A stretch of DNA of 61,854 nt, filler included, from 9 parts of 9 records of this genome joined end to end with filler, not necessarily neighbours in it; one strand, 5' to 3'; numbered from the whole stretch's first letter, positions 50,068 through 60,488 are shown. The notes: a model not told the origin generated them from the letters alone. Numbers and translations: made by a program.

Positions 50068-51393
50068 TCAAAGAATTACCAAAGAACATCCTGAATCTGT
50101 CGAAGGCTCTTTAACGCATGCTGAGTCACAACCGTCCCCAGGTATAAGGTTTCCATCATCACATTCTTCGCCTACATTGAGCTCACCGTTTCCGCATTCA
50201 AGTTTACACTCATCATCACAGCCATCACCTTGATCAAAGTTTCCGTCATCACATTCTTCGTTCTTACCTTTCACACCGTTACCGCATTCGGTTTTACAAA
50301 CTAGATCGCAACCATCATTTGATACAGTATTTCCATCATCGCAGTCTTCATTTGTCTGAACGGTGTTATCGCCACATTCACCGGTAATTTCTGTACAGTC
50401 TTTTGAGCAGTAATCTCCGTCTTCTTCATTTCCATCATCACAGGCTTCCGCACCTTCTTTTCGAAAATTTCCACAAACCTGTATCTCACAAATTGATTCA
50501 TCATAACCGTTACAGTCAACATTGCATTTTGCGAACATTTCAGGGATGTAACTACCAAGTTCTGCGCAGTCTTTTTCATCACCCACTTCACAGATCTCAC
50601 CATCATCAATATCCCCGTCTCCACAAATATTATCAAGATCATGTCCCGTTTTATCTTCCATGACCACTTCGATCCATTCTCTAAATTTTACAACTTGAAC
50701 AGAATATGACCCTTTTTGGGAAGAACATTCTCCGGCTACAAAAGACGCAACTCCTGATACAACATTTTTCCCATTTTGCTGGGTGAACATAGGCCCACCT
50801 GAATCTCCAAAACATAGTCCTGTTGGATTTCCAACTTCGATAACCTTTTCATTGTTCCACACACTCAATATCTGTGTTTCTCCCCAACGCTGAGTTCCGC
50901 TGTCCTGTTTTTCTGTTCCAGTTACGCCATAACCAACGACAAGACCTTTTTCACCGACAGTTTCCTGAGGATTGTCCCTTATAGGATAAACTTGGTGATT
51001 AGCGATCTTTTTATTGAGATAGATCAACGCCAGATCAGCATTTGGATGAGGAATTACATCCTCTCCCACAGCAAGAGTTCCTGAGGTATAGCCGCAGTAC
51101 AGCCCGCTTTTTACACTGATCGATTCCGGATCATGATAAACAGCATTAGCCGAAGTATAATTGGACGCAATACAGTGATGGGCAGTGAGAAGCATTTGAG
51201 GGTCAATAATAGTTGCAGTGCATGTTGAGATACCTTCCGCACCTTCAACCATGATCATCACAACTCCTGTAAAACTTTCTTCCCACTTTTCTTTTGTGGT
51301 CTCTTCACCACCCACGATCTTAAACTCATTACTAAAAACAACAACAGGCAAGAGAAAACTGAATAAAATAAAACACTTAGCAAACATCCTCAT
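50068..51393 (-). CDS. Secreted S1 serine protease with Cys-rich (DUF4215/Myxococcales-type) repeats
   Basis: IVGG, TAHHC, DLAL, GDSGGP; about five CGxG..ExCDDGN..GDGC repeats; C-terminal SGCSLVIL. Confidence 0.88.
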   Translation of the reverse strand: MRMFAKCFILFSFLLPVVVFSNEFKIVGGEETTKEKWEESFTGVVMIMVEGAEGISTCTATIIDPQMLLTAHHCIASNYTSANAVYHDPESISVKSGLYCGYTSGTLAVGEDVIPHPNADLALIYLNKKIANHQVYPIRDNPQETVGEKGLVVGYGVTGTEKQDSGTQRWGETQILSVWNNEKVIEVGNPTGLCFGDSGGPMFTQQNGKNVVSGVASFVAGECSSQKGSYSVQVVKFREWIEVVMEDKTGHDLDNICGDGDIDDGEICEVGDEKDCAELGSYIPEMFAKCNVDCNGYDESICEIQVCGNFRKEGAEACDDGNEEDGDYCSKDCTEITGECGDNTVQTNEDCDDGNTVSNDGCDLVCKTECGNGVKGKNEECDDGNFDQGDGCDDECKLECGNGELNVGEECDDGNLIPGDGCDSACVKEPSTDSGCSLVIL

Positions 51394-51509
51394 AACGACC
51401 TCGCGGGCTAATCCTAGTCTATTAATTAAATACCTGCTTTAGAGTATCAAACTGTTAGATATTGTCAACTGATGAATAATTTAAGAGCGTCTGAATTATT
51501 ATTTTAGAA

Positions 51510-53309
51510 TTAATCTTTTACGAAATACTTTCCTCTTTTCTTGTAATGAGTGTGGAGAAGTTCATGAGCCTTATGACTTCCCGGAGTTCCGAAGTATTCT
51601 TTGTAAAGCTTTGCGATAAGAGGATTTTCATGTGATTTTCTGATCTCGATATCCTCATCTTCCTGATAGATCGCCTTTGCTCTTGCAAGTCTGATCTCAG
51701 GAGTAGTAGGGATAGGCTGTCCACCACCACCGAGACATCCTCCAGGGCATGCCATTACTTCGATGAAGTGATAATCGATCTCACCGGCAACAAGTTTTTC
51801 CATCATAACTTTGGCATTGCCTGTTCCATGAACAACTGCAACCTTAAGCTCAACACCTTCAAGCCACTTGTACTCTTTTTTAACATTTTCAAGTTTAAGA
51901 GCAGCATCCTTGATCCCTTCCATTCCTCTAACAGGAGTAACATTGAGTTTATCAAAAGGAACAGGACGACCGGTAACAAGTTCATAAACAGTTCTAATCG
52001 CAGCTTCCATAACTCCACCAGTAGCACCGAATACCATTCCTGCACCACTACCTTCTCCAAGAACAGGATCGAACTCTTCCTGCGGCATATCTGCAAGATG
52101 AAGACCCGCTTCCTTAAGCATCATCGCCATCTCTCTTGTTGTAAGACCATAATCGACATCTTTAAAACCGCTATCGCTCATTTCAGGACGGTTACATTCA
52201 TATTTCTTTGCACTACAAGGCATTAAAGCAACAGTTCTGATCTTTGATGGATCAACACCGATCTTTTCTGCATAATAAGTCTTAATAACAGCACCGTACA
52301 TCTGCTGAGGAGACTTACATGATGAAAGGTGGTCAAGATACTGAGGATAGTAATGCTCAGCAAATTTAACCCAACCTGGTGAACAGGATGTGAACATTGG
52401 AAGTTTCACTTTTTTATCTTTTTTAACAACAGCCTTGTGAAGTCTTTCAAGAAGCTCTGTTCCTTCTTCCATAATTGTAAGATCAGCAGCAAAATTTGTG
52501 TCAAGCACCTTGTCAAAACCGGCTCTTCTAATTGCAGCATTAAGTCTCTTTGTCACTCTGGTTCCCGGAGCATAACCGAACTCTTCACCAATTGCAGCTC
52601 TTGGACTTGGAGCAGTCTGCATGATAACAAAAAGGTCAGGATTTTCAATATCTTCCCAAACCTCATCACTAACATCCTGAGTCCAAAGCGCACCTGTAGG
52701 ACAACGGTTTACACACTGACCGCAGTTAATGCAAACAACATCGGCAATAGACTTGTTCAGCGCAACCTGGATCTCAACATCATGCCCTTTATTTGCAGTT
52801 TCATAAACATTCACTTTCTGCATATCAATACAAGTTCTGATACATCTCTTACAGTGAATACACTTATCCTGATCTCTAATAATTGAGAAAGATTTTGTAT
52901 CCTTTTCATAACGTGCTTCCTTTACATGAGGAAAACGGAATTTATCAACACCATGCTCATCGGCAAGTTGTCTTAATTCACAGTTTCCATTTCTTGGACA
53001 GGTATAACAATCACCATAATGTTCAGCCAGAACCAGATCAAGATTAACTCTTCTTGCCTTTCTAACTCTTTCAGTTTTGGTCTTTACTGTCATTGGTTGA
53101 GTTACAGGATAGGCACATGAAGCCTGAAGATTTCCCATACCTTCGATCTCGACCATACACATTCTGCATACACCCGCAACATTGAGATCCGGATGATGAC
53201 AAAGAACAGGAACTTTTACACCGGCTTTTTCACAGGCTGAAAGAACTGTAGCGCCTGATTCAACCTTAACGTCGATACCATCAATATTTACTTTTATCAT
53301 TTTGCTCAT
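51510..53309 (-). CDS. hydA: [FeFe] hydrogenase group A catalytic subunit
   Basis: 2Fe-2S, HxxxCxxC and 2x4Fe-4S motifs; H-cluster motifs TSCSPGW, MPCSAKKYE, EVMACPGGCLGGGGQP. Confidence 0.95.
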   Translation of the reverse strand: MSKMIKVNIDGIDVKVESGATVLSACEKAGVKVPVLCHHPDLNVAGVCRMCMVEIEGMGNLQASCAYPVTQPMTVKTKTERVRKARRVNLDLVLAEHYGDCYTCPRNGNCELRQLADEHGVDKFRFPHVKEARYEKDTKSFSIIRDQDKCIHCKRCIRTCIDMQKVNVYETANKGHDVEIQVALNKSIADVVCINCGQCVNRCPTGALWTQDVSDEVWEDIENPDLFVIMQTAPSPRAAIGEEFGYAPGTRVTKRLNAAIRRAGFDKVLDTNFAADLTIMEEGTELLERLHKAVVKKDKKVKLPMFTSCSPGWVKFAEHYYPQYLDHLSSCKSPQQMYGAVIKTYYAEKIGVDPSKIRTVALMPCSAKKYECNRPEMSDSGFKDVDYGLTTREMAMMLKEAGLHLADMPQEEFDPVLGEGSGAGMVFGATGGVMEAAIRTVYELVTGRPVPFDKLNVTPVRGMEGIKDAALKLENVKKEYKWLEGVELKVAVVHGTGNAKVMMEKLVAGEIDYHFIEVMACPGGCLGGGGQPIPTTPEIRLARAKAIYQEDEDIEIRKSHENPLIAKLYKEYFGTPGSHKAHELLHTHYKKRGKYFVKD

Positions 53310-53326
53310 ATCTAATCACCCCCTGA

Positions 53327-54481
53327 TTATCTGAAAAGAATTTCATCTTTAAACTTTTCAGAAATGCTTAAAAATGAAGAAGGAATACTCTGCCCAAGCC
53401 CGCATTTTGCACTGTCTTTCATAACAGAACATAAATTCACAAGCTCTTTGTAGTATCTCACACTTTTTTCACCCTTTTCTATCATTCTAACACCCTTTAA
53501 GAGCTGATACGCTCCCTCTCTACATGGTGTGCACTGTCCGCAGCTCTCTTCTTCAAAGAATTCAAGAATATTTTTAAGCACATGGAGCATGTCTCTATCT
53601 TCATTGAAAACTATTATAGAACCGCCCGGAGGAAGATCTTCATAGGCTAAAACTCTTTTAAATTCACTCTTGTCGATATTTATTCCTGAAAAACCACCAA
53701 CCTGGACAGATTTCGTGTTCTTTGCACCAACAAGTTCAAGCACTGATTTAAGACTTGTTCCCATCTCAAGTTCATATACTCCCGGTTTTTTAACATCACC
53801 GGAAATACTGAAAAGTTTTGTACCTTTGGAATTAACAGTTCCCATTTTTGAGTACCAGTCAGCACCATTTACGGCAATATGTATAACCGTTGCAAAAGTT
53901 TCCACGTTATTTACAAGTGTCGGTTTCTCGAGATATCCTTTCTGAATTGGAAAAGGTGGTTTATTTCTCGGCTCACCTCTGTTTCCGTTAAGTGATTCGA
54001 TAAGAGCAAACTCTTCTCCACAAACATAGGCTCCGGCACCAAGTCTTATATTTACATCAAATTCAAAAGCTTTTTTAAGAACCTTTTTCTTAAAATCTTC
54101 TACAGCTTTCTCAAGTTTTGGAAGCATACCGGCGTATTCGCCTCTAAGATAGATAATTCCCTTTGTGGAACCTATTGCAAAACCTGCAACTGCCATTCCT
54201 TCTAGAACTTTAAAGAAATGATCTTCAAGAAGAACCTTATCCTTAAATGTTCCCGGTTCGCCCTCATCCGCATTACAGATCACAGTCTTTACTTTGCTCT
54301 TTTCATTAGCAGAAAATCTCCACTTAAGCCCTGTTGGAAAACCGGCTCCACCACGACCTCTGATACCTGAATCAATAAGATCTTGAATAACTCCTTCAGG
54401 TTTTTTCTTAACAGCAGCCTTAATAGCGCTTCCTGCTTTAAATTCACCGAGTATTATTTTCTTTACTTGTGCTTTGCTCAT
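53327..54481 (-). CDS. hydB: NADH/FMN-binding (NuoF-like) hydrogenase beta subunit, short form
   Basis: RGRGGAGFPTGLKW, NADEGEPGTFKD, ESCGQCTPCREG, CGLG; 384 aa with no terminal ferredoxin domains. Confidence 0.9.
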   Translation of the reverse strand: MSKAQVKKIILGEFKAGSAIKAAVKKKPEGVIQDLIDSGIRGRGGAGFPTGLKWRFSANEKSKVKTVICNADEGEPGTFKDKVLLEDHFFKVLEGMAVAGFAIGSTKGIIYLRGEYAGMLPKLEKAVEDFKKKVLKKAFEFDVNIRLGAGAYVCGEEFALIESLNGNRGEPRNKPPFPIQKGYLEKPTLVNNVETFATVIHIAVNGADWYSKMGTVNSKGTKLFSISGDVKKPGVYELEMGTSLKSVLELVGAKNTKSVQVGGFSGINIDKSEFKRVLAYEDLPPGGSIIVFNEDRDMLHVLKNILEFFEEESCGQCTPCREGAYQLLKGVRMIEKGEKSVRYYKELVNLCSVMKDSAKCGLGQSIPSSFLSISEKFKDEILFR

Positions 54482-54960
54482 TATCTTTTCCTCCTGTACT
54501 CACTGATAGTATCAAGAGTTGATTCCGGTGTAAGGGAATCATGAAGATCACTGTTTACAAGCATTGCCGGACCCTTGTCGCAAAGTCCCATGCAATTTGC
54601 ATATTCAAGTGTAAAAAGCCCATCCGGAGTTGACTGTCCAAATGCGATACCGAGCTCTTTTTCCAGTGTCTTTTTGATCTTGTCCTTTCCGCTCATGTCA
54701 CAGCTTATTGTCTGGCATAATCTGATGACAAAACGACCCTTGTTCTCAGTGTTAATAAAAGAATAAAATGTAGCAACGCCGTGAATTTCTCCGATGCTGA
54801 TGTCCATCAGCCTGTTGATCTCAATAAAAGCACTTCCACTGACATAACCGAATTCTTCATTGATCTCTCTAAGCACAGGAAGAAGATTCTCCCTTCCAGG
54901 ACCATACTTTTTAACGGTTTTTTCAATGAAAGAAACTAGATGATTAGTTCTGCATTCCAT
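54481..54960 (-). CDS. hydC: NuoE-like [2Fe-2S] hydrogenase gamma subunit
   Basis: VATFYSF, CQTISC, CMGLCDKGPA. Confidence 0.9.
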   Translation of the reverse strand: MECRTNHLVSFIEKTVKKYGPGRENLLPVLREINEEFGYVSGSAFIEINRLMDISIGEIHGVATFYSFINTENKGRFVIRLCQTISCDMSGKDKIKKTLEKELGIAFGQSTPDGLFTLEYANCMGLCDKGPAMLVNSDLHDSLTPESTLDTISEYRRKR

Positions 54961-55177
54961 TTGTTCCCTCCCACAGGATTATTAAGTTTGGTGCGAACAC
55001 CTCTATTTCGGACCCCGATGTCCATATTATAGTCCGGATATTTCAGGTCAAGATTTTTTGCTTAATAAACTAGCGTTAGACAACTAGAATAATATCTATA
55101 AAGTCTCGGTCATTTCTGCTAATAAAAATATGTCTATTATTTTATTGAAGAAAACAACTCTGAATTATCCTTGATGA

Positions 55178-55277
55178 NNNNNNNNNNNNNNNNNNNNNNN
55201 NNNNNNNNNNNNNNNNNNNNNTTAATTAATTAANNNNNNNNNNNNNNNNNNNNNNNNNNNNNNNNNNNNNNNNNNNN
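55178..55277. other. Artificial contig linker
   Basis: N-run + TTAATTAATTAA + N-run. Confidence 0.98.
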
Positions 55278-57186
55278 ACTCCGCCTGATACTCGTTTGCC
55301 GGCCTATATCCATTGATACTGCCGAGAACTTCTCCAGTGCTGTCCAATACCACGGTCAGCGGGAACCCTTTTTGCCCATAAATCTCTTTCAAACCTCTAT
55401 CTTTATCTGAATTGGCCTTGACCCAAACGAAATCATCGCCCATCATCTTGATTCTGGGGTCGACGAGGGTTGTGTTGAAGAGTTTTTTACAATATTTGCA
55501 CCAATCCGCATACAGCACCAAAACGGTTGGTTTGTTCTCCTTTTCGGCGATTTCGATCCCCTTTCCGTAATCATCGGTCCATTCAATATCAATCCCCGCA
55601 AAGCTGGACGCCTTTTTCAGGCCAATCAATTGGATGTGCAGCTTGACATCCTCACCGGCATAGGGCTTGTTGAAATCCACCGTGAATTTGCGGTCATCTA
55701 CCGACACGACGATCCCCTTTTTGTCTTCCAGCTCGAAGTTGGCGCCCAGCTTGGGGGTCAAATGAATGTGAATCTGATCGTCAATCACTTTCATGCGGGT
55801 CATGCCGAAGTCGGAGTCGACCTCACTGGACACCGGGGAAAGCTGCAGAATCGCCCCTTTTTCCGTGGTGTCGATGACCTTGGCGTTGGTGTATTCATTG
55901 ATCTTGACGGTTTTTCCCTTTAGCGGGAATCCGCCGAATTGCTTCACATACACGTCTGCCGGTACGGTCTGGCGGACTGGCATAATTTTGGTTCGGTCAT
56001 ACTGTCGCATCAATCCGGGAATCCGACTTCCGAAAATGTCAGCGGACGGAACGGTAATATTATTCCCGTCCCCCAGCTTCATTCCCTCCAAACCTTCTGC
56101 CAACCCGGGAAAAAGTTCGTCCCCGCCCACAAATACCGTTTGCGGGCCGTATGCCTCCTGCACCTTATAACCGTCGATTTTATTTTGCTTGGGATCGGTG
56201 GCGACATCCTCCCGCGTGGTCCAAACCACTTCCCCGGATTGCAGCCGGGCCGTACCGGCAACGACGGCCAGGTCGCCCTTTTGGGCAATCCGTTGATAGA
56301 AATAGGCCGGCTTCGGCTCGGCACCTGCGGCATCCACCTCGGGTTGGATCACCTTCACCGATTCGGTGGGTTTCCTCGGAATGGTGATCATTTTTGCATC
56401 GCAGGTCAATGTTTCGCCACCGAAAGCATGGGCATAATCGACACGAAAATTTCTTCCGCTCACTTCTGCGATAAGTCCCACGGCAGGTCCAACACGAACC
56501 AGCGTTCCTTCTTGGGCATCGATTTCGATGCGGTAGTGATCGCCCTGGTCCGTGACGATGACCGGCCCGAATGGCCCATCGATAGGACCCTTGGAAAGCG
56601 GTTTGAATTCGACGACGACCGCATCCCCCTCTACAGCGGTGACAATCCCGTTGACGCCTTCATGCAGAACCACATGCTCACCGATTTCCGGTTCGGCGGC
56701 GGTTACGCGCTTGAAAATCGATTTCGCGTAGCGGATGGTCTTGGGATTGGTTTTGATCCGCGCCAACTGAATGGTTCGCTCGATTTCGGGAAGGTCCATT
56801 TGCGCTTTCGTATCGATGACGAAAGTCCGGGGTGTTTCCAGGGGCCAGTTGTCCGCCTTTTTTACAAGATCGACGATTACGACTTCTTCTAGATATTGTA
56901 ATTGATTTTGATCTTGCTGAAGGTCTTCCGGAGACAGATCGGTGATATCGGCAGGACCATAATTCGTTCTTTCGATGAAGACATCTGCCTTGGGATAATC
57001 CGGCGATGCAGCCACGACCGGGTCGGTGGTGGCAATGATTTTGCCGTCCGGCAGACGGCAGGTATAGTCCAGTCCGCGGCCCATGTCGGCCATTTCCTTC
57101 TGCGGTGATGTCACCGCCTGATTGGTGGTGGTGCAGGAAATCAAGAATACAAAGCTAAGAATGATCAAAATTCTAAGGTTACACAT
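55278..57186 (-). CDS. Lipoprotein with two SlyD/FKBP-like PPIase modules and a C-terminal thioredoxin domain (3' truncated)
   Basis: Start moved to MCNLRIL (lipobox LISC); VDYAHAFGGETL and VDFNKPYAGEDV FKBP ends, FPGLAEGLEGMKLG; YADWCKYC. Confidence 0.8.
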
Positions 57187-57456
57187 GCTGGTACACTCCC
57201 TACGATGGTTGATAAAGAAGTTGTCAATGATACTTCGTCCGATGTGGCCGGAACCGTTCGTGAACATAAGGTTTCAGGAATAACAGGCACATGATTCATC
57301 AAACTGGCGCGGCGTGTTGCAATCGTCCGCAGATTCACATATTTCCGACGGTCTTGATTTCGGCCATGGCCAGTGGAATGAAATGATCTTATGCGACAGG
57401 ATTGTTTGGATTCGATTAAGAACGTATTAGAAAATGGATAGGTAGGGTAGGAAAAC

Positions 57457-57488
57457 AAAAAGAAAAGCGGGCTGCCGGGGCAGCCCAC
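57457..57488 (-). terminator. Terminator after the Cys-rich protein gene
   Basis: GGGCTGCC-GG-GGCAGCCC preceded on + by an A-rich tract (U-tract on -). Confidence 0.65.
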
Positions 57489-57520
57489 TTATTTTCATGC
57501 AATTGTATTACGCGAGGAAA

Positions 57521-58996
57521 CTACCGGACCGGGTAAGCGATACCGCTGGTCTTGGAGACTTGCATCTCGTCCTGGGTAGCCCAGAAGTAAGCGCGCTGGC
57601 CGAAACCTCCGTAGGTCAGGAAGGAAGGATCGCCAGCCTGGGTCTGGATCGCGTCGATGATGGCCAGGTCTTCATCACCGTAGCAGCCGGCACTGGTATC
57701 CAGGAAGCACTGCTGTGCAGCCCAGAAGTTGTACTTTCCGTTGGCCACAGCCTGGCGGCTGGGAGCCACACCCTGATACATCAACTGATGGATACCATCG
57801 ATAACCTTGGATCGGTACATGACCTTGTCGGCGTCGACGTAGCCGATACCGCCGTCATAGCGAGCCACGCAGTCCTGGGTCAGGTCGGAAGAACTTTTGT
57901 AGTGCCAGAACTGATTCAGAGCAGTAACACCTTTGAAGGTGGCGTCTCCGCGGAATACGGTGTCCAGCAAGGTCTGGTGGGTACCGGAACCGCCGTGGCG
58001 GGCACATTTGACGATGGCCAGATTGGAGAAGGACGGTCCGAAGTCGGTCCAGTTGGTCACCTGGTTGGAGAAGATGTGCAGAACCATCAGGCGGGAGACG
58101 TTTTTCATCGGCTGGGCGTCGCAACCCAGGGTAACCGTCGAGCCTACAGTGTTGATTTCACAATCGGAGGCATCGATACATTCGGTTTCTGCAGCGACAA
58201 TGGTGGCGTCCAGGTCGGCAGTCTGGTTTCCGTCCATACACACGCCGGTGCCGCTCTCGTCGGTGTCGATACACTTGTAGGCACCCCGGCAGGAGAGGAG
58301 ATCAGTTTCGTCGGGATCACATGCCCAGCCACGTTTGTCGTAGGCCAGGTGCGCATCGTCATCCAGGCCGTCGTAGGTGCAGACAGCCTCTGTCACGCCG
58401 TTGTTGGCAATGAAGCCGAAGGGAACCACAACGCCGCCGTAGAAGGTATCGGCCGTGGTCGGATAGCCGGCGGCATTCCCATGCTGAATGAAAGGATCGG
58501 AGCCACCGCCGACCGGTGAACCCGAATAGCCGTCTTCATAACCAAAGGTGGTTGCCTTGAGCTCTTCACAGGCCACGTCGGCACAACCGATCTGGCAGGC
58601 AGCATTCACGGTACCGGTACAGTCGAAAGGGGTGCCGTCGAAGGTACAGGTTCCAGGATCAGCCCAACCATCGCTCGTTTCGCAGTCGTAGTTGGTGCAG
58701 CCATAGGAAGAGTTGACGACCTGGTAACGCACGTAAACGGTGTCAGGGGCGGTGCCCGCACCGACGTCACAACCCGTAGCGCCGATGATCAGGTTCTTGT
58801 CGTCCGTTCCATCCAAAACGGCGGTAGTACAGCCAAAGGCAGCCTGAACCACGGCGGCACCGGATGCTTCCCAGAAACCGGCCTGGGCTGAAGCGCCGCA
58901 CTGGTTGATGGTGTAGGTTGCGGCAGAAGCCGTACCGATCATACCGATGGCCGCGACAGCAGCCACAGCGAGTGTAAACAGCTTTTTCATTTTCAT
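57521..58996 (-). CDS. Secreted Cys-rich protein with PstS/PBP-like motifs
   Basis: Signal peptide ending ASA; GASAQ, IFSNQVTNWTDFG, RHGGSGT, GGIGYVD, VANGKYNFW; 22 Cys, no CxxCH. Confidence 0.7.
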   Translation of the reverse strand: MKMKKLFTLAVAAVAAIGMIGTASAATYTINQCGASAQAGFWEASGAAVVQAAFGCTTAVLDGTDDKNLIIGATGCDVGAGTAPDTVYVRYQVVNSSYGCTNYDCETSDGWADPGTCTFDGTPFDCTGTVNAACQIGCADVACEELKATTFGYEDGYSGSPVGGGSDPFIQHGNAAGYPTTADTFYGGVVVPFGFIANNGVTEAVCTYDGLDDDAHLAYDKRGWACDPDETDLLSCRGAYKCIDTDESGTGVCMDGNQTADLDATIVAAETECIDASDCEINTVGSTVTLGCDAQPMKNVSRLMVLHIFSNQVTNWTDFGPSFSNLAIVKCARHGGSGTHQTLLDTVFRGDATFKGVTALNQFWHYKSSSDLTQDCVARYDGGIGYVDADKVMYRSKVIDGIHQLMYQGVAPSRQAVANGKYNFWAAQQCFLDTSAGCYGDEDLAIIDAIQTQAGDPSFLTYGGFGQRAYFWATQDEMQVSKTSGIAYPVR

Positions 58997-59090
58997 TACC
59001 TCTTTCTTGTCCTCATGTTATAATCGTTGACCTATATTGACAAACTTTCTCTTCCCTTTTTTTCTCTCTCCCACATCGAGCGGGAGTTAT

Positions 59091-59116
59091 ACGGCTTCGG
59101 CTTTTGCCGAAGCCGT
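59091..59116. other. Intergenic hairpin
   Basis: ACGGCTTCGGC-TTTT-GCCGAAGCCGT perfect 11-bp stem. Confidence 0.6.
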
Positions 59117-59175
59117 TGGCACTCTCAGATTGTTGCTAAAGGGTTAATGGATTGAACATCGATGGATGGATCTAC

Positions 59176-59901
59176 TTATGCGTTTTTTCTACGCAGGCCG
59201 ATCAGACCGAGCAGGCCGGAACCCATCAGCCACACGGCTGCGGGAACCGGAACTTCGCTGGCGGTGAGAACCAGGGTGCTGCCGGTGGTATCGAAAGAGA
59301 AAGCAAACTCTTCGACAATGTCGCCGGTGCCCATAGCGTCAAAAGTGTACATGGCTGCGTCAGCCAGGTCGCCGTTCATCTGTGTTTCGGCGCCGAACAG
59401 GCTGTTGGCGTCGACCATACCAGCATAGGTGCCGGCGGCGTTACCTTCCATAAGCATGCTGGCATAGTAGGAACCGGTTGCCTTGGACTGAATCTCGGTC
59501 TGCCCCATTAAGCTGGACATAGCCAACATACCGCCCTGGAATTGTTGGTAAGCAGCCGTGCTGGCGCTAAAGTCAGCGGTGTCGCTACTGAAGTAAGCGA
59601 GATCATCCCCGAAAGAAGAGGTATAACCGCCACCAACAATGGCAACGTAAACTTCGTCCCAGGAGGTTGCTCCGATATCATCCAGGGTGATATCGGTGTC
59701 TATATCAGAGGTCAAATCGAACAGGCCAGCGCCCAGATCAAAGTGCACTTCGTTGCCGTCGGTGCCAACGGGAAGGCTATCGTTGTCGGCCTCCACATAG
59801 GCGACCAGTTGAAGTTCACCCAATTCGAAATCAGCCATGGCCTGGCCGGCAACACCTACCATTAACATTGCAGCAGCAACTACAGCGAAAAGCTTTTTCA
59901 T
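59176..59901 (-). CDS. VPLPA-CTERM (PEP-CTERM-like) exosortase-target surface protein
   Basis: MKKLF signal peptide (ATG 59901, GGGAG RBS); acidic body; C-terminal EVPVPAAVWLMGSGLLGLIGLRRKNA. Confidence 0.88.
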   Translation of the reverse strand: MKKLFAVVAAAMLMVGVAGQAMADFELGELQLVAYVEADNDSLPVGTDGNEVHFDLGAGLFDLTSDIDTDITLDDIGATSWDEVYVAIVGGGYTSSFGDDLAYFSSDTADFSASTAAYQQFQGGMLAMSSLMGQTEIQSKATGSYYASMLMEGNAAGTYAGMVDANSLFGAETQMNGDLADAAMYTFDAMGTGDIVEEFAFSFDTTGSTLVLTASEVPVPAAVWLMGSGLLGLIGLRRKNA

Positions 59902-59955
59902 TTTATTCTCCCTAAAGATAAAGTTATTTTTTTTGATTTGCTGTACTCGATTTTC

Positions 59956-60038
59956 ATCCGGCAACCTGGCAATCTTGATGGCACCAAGACCCATGGTTTT
60001 CCGACCCCCGGTTGCCCGAGGTGTGGCTTTATCTGGAG
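59956..60038 (-). ncRNA. c-di-GMP-I (GEMM) riboswitch
   Basis: Minus strand GATAAAG-CCACACCTCGG-GCAA-CCGGGGGTCGG-AAA-ACCATGGGTCTTG..CAAGATTGCCAGGTTGCCGGA: GNRA-capped P2, AAA junction, P3, 3' GGTTGCCG; about 55 nt upstream of the CTERM gene. Confidence 0.85.
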
Positions 60039-60153
60039 GATCATTGTCGGCTCTTAGGTTCAGAGCCCTATTAAATAAGAACTTTTATACCCGGCTGGAT
60101 TCAACACCCTTATTTTTTTCCCACCTCCCTTCCGGTGTTTCGGGGTTCATGCG

Positions 60154-60200
60154 AATAAAAAAAGCCCGGAAAACGATCTACGATTCGTCTTCCAGGCTTT
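60154..60200 (-). terminator. Intrinsic terminator in the leader upstream of the riboswitch
   Basis: Minus strand AAAGCCTGGAAGACGA..TCGTTTTCCGGGCTTT followed by TTTTATT. Confidence 0.75.
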
Positions 60201-60488
60201 CTGGTACCTGATTCGATCAGGTCAGCAAAGTACCCTGTTTGATTTGTCTATTGTCAAACGCCGGGTTTTTTTCGGGCTTTCCGTTTTGCCGAGGCAAAAC
60301 GACTATTCTGCATTCACCAGTTGAAAAATGTTTCTTAAAATTGGTTGATTGATGGTTGAAAACCTTTATGGGAACGTTACTTATCGATCTTATATTAGCA
60401 AAATATTAGCACTGTATTCAAAACCTGTTAATTCGCACAAATTATTTTATTTCCCTGCTTTTTCAGATAGTTTAAAGTCACCCCCAAT

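Noticed and set aside
9670-55277. Recurrent TTAATTAATTAA motif within N-runs, and apparent gene adjacency across them
   Set aside because: Identical 100-bp artificial linkers; composition and gene style change at each one, so cross-linker neighbourhoods are meaningless
57497-58519. 340-aa plus-strand ORF
   Set aside because: Antisense to the signal-peptide-bearing Cys-rich gene
59902-59994. N-terminal extension of the CTERM ORF given in the track
   Set aside because: It overlaps the riboswitch; the RBS and signal peptide support ATG 59901
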